From: Chiloscyllium plagiosum
Lineage: Eukaryota
Assembly: GCF_004010195.1 (NCBI RefSeq)
Contig: NC_057719.1
Coordinates: 65,095,866-65,159,865, forward strand
Direction of reading: 5' to 3'
DNA length: 64,000 nucleotides
In this document: positions 1 to 13,304 of the stretch, piece after piece
Layout of the letters: each line of letters starts with the position of its first letter
Numbering within the stretch: position 1 is the stretch's first letter
The notes under the pieces: generated by a model
What the model was told of the DNA's origin: nothing
The model's database searches: none
Seen by the model: only the letters and a program-made list of their open reading frames with translations
Made by a program: the position numbers and the translations under genes

Positions 1-213
1 AAAAATCACATAACACCAGGTTATAGTTCAACAGGTTTAATTGGAAGCACTAGCTTTTGGAGCGACGCTCCTTCATCAGGTTCAGCACAACTACCTGATG
101 AAGGAGTGGTGCTCCAAAAGTTAGTGCTTCCAATTAAACCTGGTGGACTATAACCTGGTGTTGTGTGATTTTTAACTTTGTCTACCCCAATCCAACACCG
201 GCATCTCCAAATC
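1..213. mobile_element. Penelope-like element (family A) terminal repeat as an inverted pair, truncated by window start
   Basis: 1-80 is the reverse complement of about 94-172. The right arm has CTGATGA-AGGAG..CTCC-(a)AAA (hammerhead-like, GAAA decayed) and ends ..ccccaatccaacaccggcatctccaaatc. The same sequence recurs at 21.4, 31.1 and 40.4 kb. Confidence 0.8.
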
Positions 214-1209
214 ATGACTTCCCTTTATTTGGCTGTTTGTACAGCACTTCCTGTTCTGTAGGTCAGTTTGAGCACTAGACTTCACAATGTGAGAAGTGAT
301 AAGTGACCCTCCACCTTAATCGTTGCAAGGGACAGGACAGCAAACACTAGTTTTATTGTGTTTTTAAAAGTTTTGAATGTATTAAAAGCATTTTTTTTCT
401 CTGAAAAACACATAAATACCACGCTAGTGAACTCAACCCTTCAACCATACTTTACATAGCTCTGAAAGTCAAATCAGTAGAGTTTGTGCAAGATCCTCAA
501 CTTTCTATAATTATACATCTAAAACTGACCATACGTAATGCATCAAAACCAAGGAAATGAAGACAACCATTTGGTACATGTCTTATTCATGTTGGAGTTA
601 TCAATTTTGTTATATTCCTAAATGTTCTGATGTACAGTTATTTAAACTTCTGACATCTGGGAATGGGAAACAAGCATTGATTCTGTGAACAGCTGCTGAT
701 AAAGGTTACAGCAGAAAAATCTACAATCACATTTTTGTTATTTGTACACAAATTTAATGACTAAAGTTTATCTGCAGATATTAGAGGCTTAAATATGCTC
801 CACGCATATTTGATGCTGCCTCCTCATATCCCAGACTATAAAGTTGGTTCAAATGGAGCCCATGATGCTGGCTGTCTGAACATTTATTAGGGGGTTGAGC
901 AGCCGGCTAGCACAACCAGCTTGCCTCTTTTAAAAGCAGTCATTTCCTCTAAGAAGGGGAGCTGGACTCAAGGGACCTTCTGTTAGCTGCTTGTAATAGC
1001 ATTGAACTACAAAATCAGAGCAGCAGGGAGAAGAGAGATTTAGTTCTGTCCTGAATGGGATACTGGAAATCTTAGTCTTTGAGGTAAGCAGGAAGAGACT
1101 GGTCATGATTTTGCAGGGGTGAGGAGCCCGTCAAGATTGACCCACAGATGGGAAGCAGAACAGGGCGGTCAATTCCCAGTCTGTGTTGAGAATACAGTAA
1201 CATTGTCAC

Positions 1210-1354
1210 CAGATGTGGAGGTGCCGATGTTAGACTAAGGTAGACAAAGTTAAAAATCAGAGTCTAGAATCACACAACCCCAAGTTGCAGTCCAACAAGT
1301 TTTTTTGGAAGTACTTTTGGAGTGCTGCTCCTAATGAAGGCATCGTATGATTTT
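1210..1354 (-). mobile_element. Penelope-like family A fragment with 12-bp target-site duplication
   Basis: Similar to the family A terminus. Flanked by taacattgtcac at 1198-1209 and 1355-1366. Confidence 0.7.
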
Positions 1355-1379
1355 TAACATTGTCACAAGAAACTGAGTC

Positions 1380-2176
1380 ACTTCATGTGTATGGTGTAGG
1401 GTGTCAAATGCATCTTTATATGACATCTGCTGCTCACCATTTCACCAATGAATTGGATGAGGACTAATATACTGGCCAGGAGATTTGCTAGAGACTTAGG
1501 AGGATTTAAACTAGTGAGATGGATGGGACTCTGGGAATGGTGAGGAAAGAGATCAATTTGAGACTGGTGCAGTTGGGAAAAGGAGTAAGTGAAACGGTCA
1601 GGGCAGGCAGGAACAAAGCAGAAAAGGGATAGGACTGATAAATTAAATTGCATTTATTTCAATGCAAGAGGCCTAACAGCTAAGGCAGATGAACTCAGGG
1701 CATGGTTGGAAACATGGGATTGGGATATCACAGAGATTACAGAAATGTGGCTCAGGGATGGAAAGGACTGGCAGTGTAATGTTCTGGAATGTAGATGCTA
1801 TGGGAAGGATAGAAAGTGCACAGAATAAGAGAACAGGGTGAGTGGCTTTTTTGATTAGGGAAAACATTACGACTATACTTAGGGAGGATATTCCTCAGAA
1901 TACATCCAGGTAGGTTATTTGGGTGTAACTGGGAAATCATTTCTCACTAACTTAATTGAGGTTTTTGAAGATGAAACAAAAAGAATTGATGAAGGCAGAA
2001 TGGTGGATGTGATCTATATGGCCTTCAGTAAGGCATTCGATAAGGTTCCTCATAGCAGACTAGATAGCAAGGTTAGATCACATGGAAGACAAGAGAACTA
2101 TACATTCGGATGCAGAACTGGCTCAAAGGTAGAAACATAGGGTGGTCGTGGAGGATTGCTTTTCAGACTGCAGGCC
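1380..2176 (+). mobile_element. CR1/HER1 LINE fragment (ORF1 end, ORF2 endonuclease start, internal deletion, RT segment)
   Basis: Peptides LNCIYFNARGLTAKADELRAWLETWDWDITEITEMWL (APE N-terminus) and FLTNLIEVFEDETKRIDEGRMVDVIYMAFSKAFDKVPH (CR1 RT). Confidence 0.9.
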
Positions 2177-3053
2177 TGTGACAAAAATGGAGAAGTAAGA
2201 TCCACTTGTGAAGGTGAGCTAAGATTCCAGGACCATGATAATTTAAGATAAGAAAATTAGAGAAGTACCAACATTGTATCTACAACGGTGCCATAAATCT
2301 TTGCTCAGAAATCGGTGCTGTGAAGGATACTATATAACTTTAAATTGAAATCATTTTTCCATTTTATGTTAAGAAAGGGAGATGGAGATAAGTTTATCCT
2401 TGTGGCTTGGTGCTGAGAAGTTTAGAATCTATTTTAGTTATATGCATCTTAAGGAGGATTTAAGCCCTTGATCTGAGCATTTCAATGGTTAAAAAGAACT
2501 ATTAGTAACAGGTGTCCAATAACATACAGAGGATAATCCAGGTGTCGGCCAGTGTATTGGATGTTAGAGGACTGCTAGATGCTGAATTTTGGAAGTCATT
2601 GGTGTGCTCTAAGATTAAAATCACAGTTGCTTTTGTTTAAGGTGTTTCAGGGAGACATACTAACTAAAGAAAACTAAGAGTTAATAAATGTAGAAATTCG
2701 CTAGAAAGAATCTTGTTGCCACATAGGCAGGGATACCTAATATGGAAATTATAACTCTTAACTGAGATTTGAGGTGTTCATAAGGATATTGCTGGGACAA
2801 ATCAGGTAAGGTGAAGCTTGAGTCCTTTTTTAACATCTGTAATGAAATTTTTCCAATTTTTTTTGTTGAGTGTAATATTCATATTTTTGCTTGTTGTTTA
2901 ATAAGTATTTTATTCTTCATCATAAAATATACAGAGGCAGACTCTTGTAAGTGCACTCAGTAACTGACTTCCACCATTAAACAAAACTAACAAGACAGAT
3001 TGCACTCTGAGATATGACTTGTTCAGTATTTTGTATCAGCTAGGACCATAACA
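2177..3053 (+). mobile_element. Probable solo LTR
   Basis: Begins TGT and ends ..aggaccataACA exactly where the CR1 homology stops; AT-rich interior. No clean TSD. Confidence 0.45.
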
Positions 3054-4321
3054 GTGCTTGGTTGGTTGAGTGCAGACTAAATTACTTCATTTTCCCCAGA
3101 AATGAAGGAATGCTTTCTTCTGGTATTTGATGCTCAGGCAGAGTATTTCATAGCTGGCCTGGCTTAGTAACCTCTGATCTCTGAGTTATTCGAGTGAGGT
3201 GGAGGTAAGTGGTACAATACAAAGGTGATTGTTTGTCAGGAATAGCTCCCACTGTAAACTATTTAACAGATACAGGTTTATTGACTTTGAAAAAAGAATG
3301 ATTATATCTTTGTCTTCTCTTCACCTTGACTTCTTCCTTGTTCACTTATATTTAAAGAATATTAGAAGTTGACTTTTTTTTTCTGGTAACACAGTCACTT
3401 TAATCTCTTCTTTCTTTGTCTGTTAGATGTTGTTCAGGTTTGCATGGTCATCATTGCGTAAAGGTACAGGTTTCACAGTATTGTGTTTGCCTTTTGAGCT
3501 TCAATTACAGTTACAATTGAGCACTTCAGATATGTGCCAATCTTTCACTAATGAGGGGTATCAATGGGTGCATCAACAATAGTAGCTGTCCTGAAAACTT
3601 CATAAGATCAAAATGAAGGCTATCATTATAGGTTCCCTTTAACATTAATAAGAAAGGAAAAATGGGCTGTGATAATGGAGAATTTTATCAGATGGGAGCA
3701 AAGCCAAATATCGTACTTTTAGTCAAAGTGACAACTGTTACACTATCATATTTATACATCTTGATTGTTGAAATCATTAGAGATAGTGTTGCTGTAATCA
3801 ATGGAAGGTAAAGTAAAACCTATGGCACACAAAATACATAAAATGATCATTTATGGGGATTGCAATCAAAAGAGCTATGATCTGCTTCAGACCCAGCACT
3901 GTTTGTGAAATCCCAACATATTATTGGGACAAATGCCGAGAATGAAAGAATCAATATTTAGAGTTGTGTTTTGCTCACAATGTTTATAATCTACTTTGTA
4001 TGACTGTGCATTTAATATTATTATTTGTCTTGATCCTGCCCTTTTTCTGGAAATACCAGAATAAAAATTGTGTTTGGTGTGTTCACTCAGAGTGAGGCTT
4101 ACCCCTTCATTTCACAAATGCCGCTTTCATTATTTTCGAGAATGTTTCTAACAGTTGTTAACTCCATGTTGAGAGAGTTCATGCTGAGAGACATGTTTTG
4201 CTCATTCAGAAAATGGACATAGCCAAGAGTCACCATCAGTTAAACTTTTCCTTGCAAGGGTAATTAAGGTCTGGCCTCAAACACAGACCCAAATATATGA
4301 CAAGAGTGCATCAAAGTCCAT

Positions 4322-4550
4322 GGGCTGAATTTTACTTTTTTGGCAAAGTGTGAGTTTTGTAGAGTTTGTTGGAGGGATTTGCACCACAAGCCCCAACAGG
4401 TTCTGTCATCAAATTGAGATAAAACTGAGAGATTTGTATTTTGGTGTTGTTTCCTATGAGTTTGTGTCTTACAATTCCGGGTCGGATGTGAAGGTTTGTC
4501 TGAGAATTTGGAGTTGACAATTGGGTTTTGAGGAGAGGAAAATTCAACAC
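4322..4550. mobile_element. Possible decayed MITE (PIF/Harbinger-like termini)
   Basis: gggctgaatttt at 4322-4333 and aaaattcaacac at 4539-4550 form a 10/12 inverted match. Confidence 0.35.
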
Positions 4551-7267
4551 TCATAATTCCAAGAAAGAATAATTTACCCAGAATTCCTCAGGGCTTAAGG
4601 AGAGAACTTTCCAGATTCAATGTTGCTCTGAGTCATGCAAGAGAGAAGTAAGTATAGGTATCAAGCTATTGATGTGGTGACATTCTTTCAATAGGGTAAC
4701 ATGTACTAAGCAGCATTCTTAGCTAAAGGATTTTAAAGTAAAGAAATCATCTTAGATTATTATTAGTCTAAGACTGACGTTTTGGGAAACAGATGGCCTA
4801 ATAAGGGAAGTTACATTGTTTTTAGTGTAAAGGAAAAGAACGTCTCTTATTCTTCAACTGTATACCAAAACTTTAGGCTGAGACTAAGAATAATTTCTTA
4901 TTCTAAGATGGTTTATTTACTTTAAAGTAGAAGGTGCAGCATAGATAGAAGAGCACTGATAGGAAACTAAATCAGGAACATGACAGTATTTAAGAAAAGA
5001 AACTTTCAATTCCAGAAGATGTGTTGACATTTGAATCACTTAAAGCTCATCAAAGTAATAAAAACAAACAAAATAAATTCTCTGTGAAAATGATTTGGGC
5101 TGGGTCTTACTTGAAGTGTAGTACTGGGTGTTCTTGGAAATACAGTAATGTGTTGAAACTGTTCTATGATGTACTAATTCTGCAGGAGATGATCTTGTAG
5201 TTTTGGCAATGACAGGAAGGCCAGCATCAATAGACAGGCATCTGAGATGCAATGGTCCTTATTGCCAAGACCCTGCAATCATCTATGTCCACTGATGAGT
5301 TGGGAGGCTGTTATTGGAGAGCCATATCCAGCATCCTCAGGGGCTGCTGGAGAAGTGCACCTACCTACACTCTATCACCATTGCTTCCCAGAAGGAAGGC
5401 AAGGCAACTGGGCAAACCTGACCCCAGTCCAGGTCTCCTCCTCACAAAGAGACAGTTCAGTGCCTGGAGACTATTTCAACTCAGGATATTGGACTCAGGA
5501 CACTCAGAGGTGGTAAGCCCTCCATCTCCTGCCTTCCTGCTTCCTTCTGACCCTTGGAAGCTGAAGCCAAGGAGAGTCAACTTGCCTTTGACAAGAAGAC
5601 CCTTGGCATGTCTGACCTATCTAGACACAAGAGCAACCAGGGTGAGCCTTCCAAACTGCTAGGGGCAATGGTTTCTACTGCAGACTAGGCTCCCTCTACC
5701 CCTGCTGCGGAACTAGGCAACACACTCGGGATGTAGTGGGAGGGAGAAAATAAAAATAAACTTAGGGAGCACTTTGGTTGCACAGGTCAAGAATACTTTC
5801 TTGTTAAAATTAACTGCGTACATAAACGTTAATGACTTTAGCTTTCATACATCTACTTTGTGTCTCTCTGTTTAAGCACTCAACATTTTCACACAATCCA
5901 GCAGTGGTTCGTGGCCATTTATCAGTGTTCATGGATTGGAGAGCTGTAATAACAACTTACTCCATCAACTACAAACAGGGGGATTAGTATGGCCACAAGA
6001 CATTGTGTTCTGTTGAAATTTTTGTCCCTCATCTTCACTCCTCATCCCACTCTGATCCCATTTCTACCCAGCTGCCAAAGCACCTCTCACTTCTCCGCAA
6101 CCCCTCCTCTCCCAGAACTGGCAAAAGGGCTACTCCCTAGCCCTGACTTCCCTGCTTGGCTTCAGCAAGAATTGTAGCTGCATCTCAAACTTGTCATTCA
6201 GCTGGATCCCAGCACTTCAGGTTCCTGGCCCTAGCCTCAGCACCCCTTGGGCTTCCTCCACTTCCGGCAATGAATGACACTAACTTACCCTCCTCTCATT
6301 ACAGATGTTGCTGATGAGCTCACTAGTGACCGTTTCCTTCCATAGTACTTTAGAGGTTTGGGTTTTCCCTTATTGATTGCTGCCATGCGTGTAATTTCCC
6401 AGATGATTTGGGGTTTTCAAGTGCAGTTCGCTCCCCCGTCCCTGTAAGAGGGCATATCCTTGGGGCATCCAGCCCTCATTGGGGCCTACCTGACTGTCCC
6501 CACATACCGGGGATCCTGGGCCCTCCTTCCCAGTGTTTGCTGGTCCAAGCTGGCTACAGTCGCAGCAGTGGCCATTGTCCCCCCCATCCCATGGCATTGC
6601 TGAAACTCTGCTATTTAAAGGGCTAAGTGCTCCAACCCAAGAAAATTAATTGCCTGACAGTTTTTAGACTGTTCTGAAAAAGTGTCTGGGGTGGGATGTC
6701 TCTCAGCTTTCTACGTTTTTGTGCTGTCATAGCCATTTTTAAATTCCGTCCTTTGGAACTTCATTTTTGTTGCAGGCATCCAGCATAAGGAGCATTTTTG
6801 TGGGGAATTAGAATGTTCTTTTAAAAAGTGCTTCCTTTATCGTCCTAGATAATCGCACAAAGTAAGTAATGTTTCAGAAAATATGCATAAAAATGGTTTC
6901 GGCTTCCACTGAAAGTTGGAGGGATGCTGGAGCCAACAATAAGTTAGTCTTTTTACTTTATGGTTGAGTGCAACATTCTATGAAGTCAACATTAGCTTAG
7001 ATGTTCCTGAAAAAACATACTTAAAACATGCGCAATCAATGTTCCAAACAGAAAATGCATATAATATATTTAGATATTTTAAAGACACGTGGCCAATTGG
7101 ATTAAATTGGTTTTGACCACATTTATTTTATGCTTTGAAAATTGATACGTTTCTAAGTCATGCACTTCAACTAAACTTTTTACCTCTGCATTATTGCAAG
7201 TGCATATTTGTACTTACCTATAATAAACCATGGGGACTCCTTACTTATAAAAACTTGTAGTTTTTGG

Positions 7268-7597
7268 GAGGTGATGGCCTAGTGATATCATTGCTGGACT
7301 GTTAATCCAGAGACCCAGATAATGTTCTGTGGACCAGGGTAGATGGTAGAATTTGATTTTAATTAAAGAAAATCTGGAAGTAAAGGTCTAATGATGACTA
7401 TGAATCCATTGTCAATTGTCAGGGGAAATACCTATCTGGCTCACTAATGTCTTTTAGAGAAAGAAACTACCATCCTTACCTGGTCTGGACTACATATGAC
7501 TCCAGACCCATAGGAATTGACTCGGAACAGCCCTCTGGAATGGTCAATAAATGCTGGTCTAGCCAGAGATGCCTCATCCCCTGCATGAATGAGAAAA
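7268..7597 (+). mobile_element. SINE-like element: tRNA-like head fused to the 3' tail of the 42.3-45.5 kb LINE family
   Basis: Head tggcctagtg..aatccagagaccc, body ccttacctggtctggactacatatgactccagac, tail caataaatgctggtctagccagagatgcctcatccc. Shared with the 19.3, 42.3-45.5 and 63.1 kb copies. Confidence 0.75.
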
Positions 7598-7803
7598 ACC
7601 CCACATCTCATATATAATTACAACCAGAAAACTAGTGTCTTTTTTCAGAAAAGTTGAATTATTTCATTTCCATGTTGTGCATGTGTCGAAAGTTTTTTCT
7701 TGCAAAATTCTGTGGATTTATAACAGATTGTTTGGGCTTTGAAACAGTGAAAGTGAATGACTTATTGTGCATTGACTTAAAGTGAACTGTTTAGATAGCT
7801 ATT

Positions 7804-8660
7804 AAGAACATAACAACTAGGAGTAGGGATAAGCAATTCTACCCTTTGGGCGTGCTCTGCCATTTGATATAATCATGGCAGATCTCATCTTGGCTTTAAC
7901 TCTACTTTTTTGGCCCTCTCCATAACCCTTCATCCTATTGCTCATTAACAATCTGTCTATCTCCTTCTTAAATTTGCTCAATATCCTGGCATCAACCAGA
8001 TAGTGGGCTCCACAGATTCATGACTGTTTGAGAGAAGTAATTTTTCCAAATCTTATCTTTAAATCTGCCAGCCCTAAAACTTTCACCTCACATCCTAGAT
8101 TGCCCCACAAGGGAAAATCCACTCCACATCGACTTTGCTATATATCCCCTTCAGCATCCTATATACATCAACCAGATCTCCTCCCTTCCTTCAATGAGTA
8201 TAAACTTCTCAATGTCTCATCAGACAAGTCTTTCATCTCTGGAATTAATCCAGGGAACTTTTTCTGAACTGCCTCCAATACAATTACATCCTTCCTCTAG
8301 TCAGGAGACCAAACCTGTATGCAGTACTGCAGTTTCCTACTCTTATATTCCATTCCTTTAGCAACAAATGCAAAAAAATCCATTTGCTCTCCTTATTACC
8401 TGCATACTAGCTTTCTGCAGCTTATGCATGAGGACACACAGATTCCTCTACATTTTGAAATTTCTCTCCATTTAGATAATAAAAGTTGCCTTTTTAATTT
8501 TTCTGACTAAAATGAGTAACTTCCCATTTATCCATGTTAACGTCATCTTCCAAATTTTGGCCCATTCATCTAAATCTAAATCCATCTGTAAATTTCTTAT
8601 TTCATGATTGCAACTTACTTTCCTACCTATTTTAGTGTCATATACAACTTTGGCTATAGT
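7804..8660 (-). mobile_element. CR1 LINE 3' portion, decayed
   Basis: Minus strand reads DTKIGRKVSC..LQMDLDLDEWAKIWKM (RT region after the FADD motif), with a CR1-type 3' end at the left. Confidence 0.8.
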
Positions 8661-11179
8661 ACATGTATTAATATTATTGTGTCTTTCTTTCTTTGAGTTA
8701 TGTATTGATCTCTTCTTTCGTCCAGCCATTTCCTCACTTTCACATTTGTTTGACTGTGTATAATGTGGAACATTGTCTTATTGCCTTTACCGCAAATGCA
8801 TTCAACTTATGGTTTCCTTGTTTGTTGTCCATATTTCCATGTCTGATATTTTGTCGTCCAGGCAAGACCTCAACATTACTTTCCTAAGTTTCAGTTAACA
8901 CATCCTTCACTCTGTATATCCATTCTCCTTCAGATTCACAATCATATCTCCTATCTTCTGTGTTAACTTTCACACTTCTTTCAGGTTTTGTTGATTTATT
9001 TCAGTTTTAACTTCTGGAGCTAGGTGTCTGCTTTTCATCGTTATCTTGCTCTTCATCACATTTAATTTTGATGGGATATTATCCTTGTGGGAACAAAATC
9101 TCAAAATGTGCTTTTTGCATTAAATCCACAAATGTAACGTAGTAACCAATTGAAAACTAAATGATTCTATGGTGTGAATAAATGTAAGGCTGCTTTGGGA
9201 AAGAAATTTAAAAAAAAAAATTTAAACTACTTTTAAATCTCTCATGGGAAAAGAATCACACCGCTGTCTATATCATAAACAGGCTTTTGAGCAGATTTGA
9301 GAGCTACAGCTATCAACATTTGTAAATATTAACTAGTAAGTTCTTATGTAGTGTGCAGTGTGTTATTCACCCTGTTCAGGATTCATTCTTTTGGTGCAGG
9401 ACTCAGTTGAGACAATTTCCCTTTTATTTTGATTTCTTATAATACCTAAGCGAACAAGCATGTGACTCAGATTCCACAAGAAAACTATTTCCAAACCTCA
9501 AAATCATATTAATTAAGAAAATAGTCCATGTAATTTATTATTTTTCAAAGGAAATTTGAAAATCCATTTAGTTGATTATTCAGTTCAGTTGATTTCTTCA
9601 ACTCAATGTGACATTGAGAAAAAATTTGTTCTTTAGGTCTTCGGCATACACTGATAACTTGGAGAATTTGAATGCCTGCCATGGAAGAAGCAAACATTCA
9701 TTTCTGAGTGCACAATGATTCTTGAAACAACATTTGGAGGCCATAATCTGCGTCATTTCAGTTTTAATTTTCCTATTGTTGGCTGCAGTTGCACGCTTAT
9801 CTGATTATTGCTTCTGAAAGTAGCAGGATAAATCCTCTCTCTTGTAAAATGTACATATGTGTGTATCAGACGTTGCAGATTCGCGCCCCAGAAGAGCCAA
9901 CACTGAAATGTGGAACTATGTGTCGGCATCCTGTTTTGACTACATTTCATCTCCTCCTGTGCAGTCATTTGAAATCCAAGTCTTTGCAGCTTAAGCCCTG
10001 AAATTACTAGAAAGAGGGTTATATGAATGTATTCTGTCCTTGTCCCATTTGTTCCTAATAGTGCTTATGTTCCTTGAAAATGCTGTTTAATAGACCAAGC
10101 TTTTAATTTTGATTCATATTTCTTTTGCTGAATGGATTCTCATGAAGGGAAGTGAAGATAATTGACAAATAACTAGAGGGAAGTTGAGTAGAATGTTTTA
10201 AAGAGCACAGCTCTGGTCTGAAACACATGATGAAAAGGGTGGTGAATGTCAATTTAATACAATTTATGAAAACAAAATAGTCATATACCATGATATTTCA
10301 AAATGAGTCAGAGTTGTAGTCAGGTAAGGTGGTACCAATGAATTTCATTAACTACTCTGAGTTGAGTTGATGGCCAACTAATCAAGTTTCCTTTTTTTGT
10401 TTTGAAGAGGTCAGACATGTTCATGAATAGGAGGTAAATGTCGCTCTGTGCTTGCAAATCAACAATTACTGCAACCTAGTAGTTTTAATTTGTTACTGAT
10501 AAGGCAAATAAACAAAGCTGTTGCTTGACCCTGGGACCACTTCAATAGAGCCAAATTTGAAAATGTGTTTTTGAGAAGAGTGTTGGTGTAAAGGGTTTTT
10601 GATGACCATTGCTAAGATTTACCGATGTAAATTGTGTCTGCTCTCTAATTTTGACTGTGGTTCTCTCTTTGATTGCTGCTTGTGAAGATGGATGGACATG
10701 TCAGCTTGGTTCTGTTGTAGCTGCGCTTCCCACGGATTTTGGGGTTGTGACAGTTATGGATCCAATTTCACTGTTTGAAGAAGTACATTGTCCTGATCAA
10801 CATTGCTCCCTCAACCAGCTTGTTGTAAATCACGCTGTGTTCAATGTCATGTTTGCTTACCTAATGACCGTCATTGCATTTCTTGTGATTAACTGTTTAC
10901 TAAGTAGAGATCTTTCTGGTGTTACGTTGCTGTATATAAGATAATCTTTTTCTTTTTATCTTTTATGTGCATCCATATTATCAAAATTTAAGTTGAGGAA
11001 TGCATTTAGGTATTCTCATAAATAAGTAAGATGCATATTACCAGATAGGTTTTTTTTCACTATAATGGTTACACAAGCACCAGTACCATCTAAATGATGG
11101 GCAATTTTATGAAATTAGTATCTCATGGTATAGTTTGTTCTTTTAAAATGACAATCTGTGTAGTAAAACTGTACCTTTG

Positions 11180-11515
11180 ATGTTGTGGTTCTGTTCGCTG
11201 AGCTGGGAATTTGTGTTGCAGACGTTTCGTCCCCTGTCTAGGTAACATCCTCAGTGCTTGGGAGCCTCCTGTGAAGCGCTTCTGTGATCTTTCCTCCGGC
11301 ATTTGTAGTGGTTTGTCTCTGCCGCTTCCTGTTGTCAGTTCCAGCTGTCCGCTGCAGTGGCCGGTATATTGAGTCCATTTCGATGTGTTTGTTGATAGAA
11401 TCTATGGATGAGTGCCATGTCTCTAGGAATTCCTTGGCTGTTCCCTGTTTGGCTTGTCCTTTAATAGTAGTGTTGTCCCAGTCGAACTCATGTTGCTTGT
11501 CATCTGCGTGTGTGC
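11180..11515 (-). mobile_element. Penelope-like element (family C) 3' end: GIY-YIG C-terminus plus hammerhead
   Basis: Minus-strand translation HADDKQHEFDWDNTTIKGQAKQGTAKEFLETWHSSIDSINKHIEMDSIYRPLQ, typical of the Penelope endonuclease C-terminus. Little decay. Confidence 0.88.
11218..11257 (-). ncRNA. Minimal hammerhead ribozyme motif
   Basis: Minus strand GCA-CTGAGGA-tgttacctagacaggggac-GAAAC-GTC-TGC: intact CUGANGA and GAAA core, stem II, GUC cleavage triplet and 3-bp stem I (GCA/TGC). Confidence 0.75.
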
Positions 11516-11518
11516 TAC

Positions 11519-11692
11519 AAATAAAAACAAAAATCTCCAGATGCTGAAATTTTCAAATAAAAACAAGGTGCTGGAGAGTCTCAGCATGCCAGGCAGCATC
11601 TATGGAGAGAGAAACAGAATTATTGTTTTTGAAGTCAGTACAACCCTTCTTCTGAACCTGTTGTATTTTTCCAACACTTTTTATTTTTATTG
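11519..11692 (-). mobile_element. Short Penelope-related terminal fragment (family D), partly inverted
   Basis: gtgctggagagtctcagcatgccaggcagcatctatggagagaga is the reverse complement of the motif at 14670-14730, 55220-55270 and 62110-62150. Confidence 0.55.
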
Positions 11693-11839
11693 CAGGTGAG
11701 AGTAATTGCCGTGTCCAACTGATATTTAATTAATTGGGCACTAAGTTAACACTACAGTCAATATAGATAACAGGGAAACCAATCAATAGAGACAGATCTA
11801 TTTCATAGAGTATCTGTTGGAGACAAATGTTCTGTTGGG

Positions 11840-12710
11840 ACATCACTGTAGGTGTTCCTCACTGAAGCAGCTGAGGTTCAGCTAGCTGCATCACTGATCT
11901 ACCCTTCATCCTAAAGCCAGAAGTAGGGATGTTTGCCAATGACTACATAATGCTCAGCTTCATTTGAAATTGCTCAGGCAACAAAAAGGTGCACTGATTA
12001 TTGACAAATAACATTAGTACCACATAGCTTTCAGAAAATGGCCGTCTGCAACATAAGAGAGACTAACAACCTTGCTTGATGTTCCACAGCATTACAGCTA
12101 CCTTGACTGCCCCATCATTAATTTTGCAGCACTACTTTTTATTAGAAGTTCAATTGGACAATCCACATTAATTAGCTGCTGGAGTAGGTCAGAAGTTGTA
12201 TGTTCTTTAGCAATTGGATCGTCTCTTGACTCCCCAGAGATTGTCCACCATCTACAAGACACCAGCTAGGGGTGTGATGGAATACATCACATGCCTGGAC
12301 ACATACAGCTGCAATAACATTCAAGTAGCTTCTGGACAAAGCAGCTCAGTGAGCAACACACCATCTAATAGCCTGAACATTCATTCCTTCCATCATTACC
12401 CTATAAGATGAGCGCTAGTAACTCATCAAAATTTCTTGACAGCACTTTCAAAATCCACAATTTCTATCACCAAGAAGGACAGCAGATTCATGGGAACACC
12501 ATTCCCTGCAAGTTCTCCTCAAAATCATAACTATTCTGTCTTAGGAATATTCCATTATCGCCGAGTCAAAAACTTGAATATTCTCCCTAACAGCACATAC
12601 AAGTACCTTCATCACAAAGACCATATCATCTTGAAAAGTTGATTCATCACTATGGCCACTATCCTCTGTAGTAGGAACAGGTAATCCCTGATTTTGATCT
12701 GTGAATTCAC
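11840..12710 (+). mobile_element. Decayed 3' half (RT to tail) of the tRNA-headed LINE family
   Basis: Degenerate GVPxxS and MFANDY motifs. Colinear with 44580-45490, including ctccccagagattgtccaccatctacaag. Confidence 0.7.
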
Positions 12711-13304
12711 GTAGAGCTACTGCCTGTCTTAACATTATGTCTCAACTGGGGTGGCTACTATTGAATGAGTAATTGTTCTGGAGATTGAAGCAATTAAAGA
12801 AAATATTTATTGGCGTCCTGTTCACTAAACACCCTTATTGTCACAATGTAAGACTGCCACTGATAGAAGGTGTTCTGATTCAAGAATAAAACTTCTTTGC
12901 ACTTTCCAAAGTCATTACAAATTTTGTGTGGTTAGAGAAGAGTATTCCTAACAAAGGTAAATTGCCTAGGTTAAATGTAAGTCATCCTTATTAGTTATGT
13001 TTTAAAGTGTGTAGTGTGTTCACTGATTCCAGTGCTTATGAATCTAAACACTCAGTGTCGAGATTTGTACTATCAAGATTCAAATTATTTTACAGAGCAG
13101 CTGTTTGCTGATTTTTTTTCTGTTTAGGTTATGACACCTTTTTCTCATTATCTGCAGCAGCATCTGGCTATGAGGGGAGCCAGGCCTCAATATGTGTGTT
13201 GTAACATGTTATGTGGACTGTGCCAGCATATTAGCTTGGGCTGCATTCTGTATAAACTCTGAATTTTTTACTCAAATGATTTGTTTCACTTGAATGAAAG
13301 CAGA

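Noticed and set aside
5247..5662. Overlapping 89-aa and 136-aa ORFs in a GC-richer patch
   Set aside because: No recognisable protein; more likely decayed repeat sequence that I cannot assign.
9636..10001. Exon-like acceptors on both strands with short open frames
   Set aside because: The peptides are unrecognisable and have no matching donors.
10609..10944. 111-aa ORF with a hydrophobic N-terminus
   Set aside because: Non-ATG start, no family similarity and no convincing splice sites.
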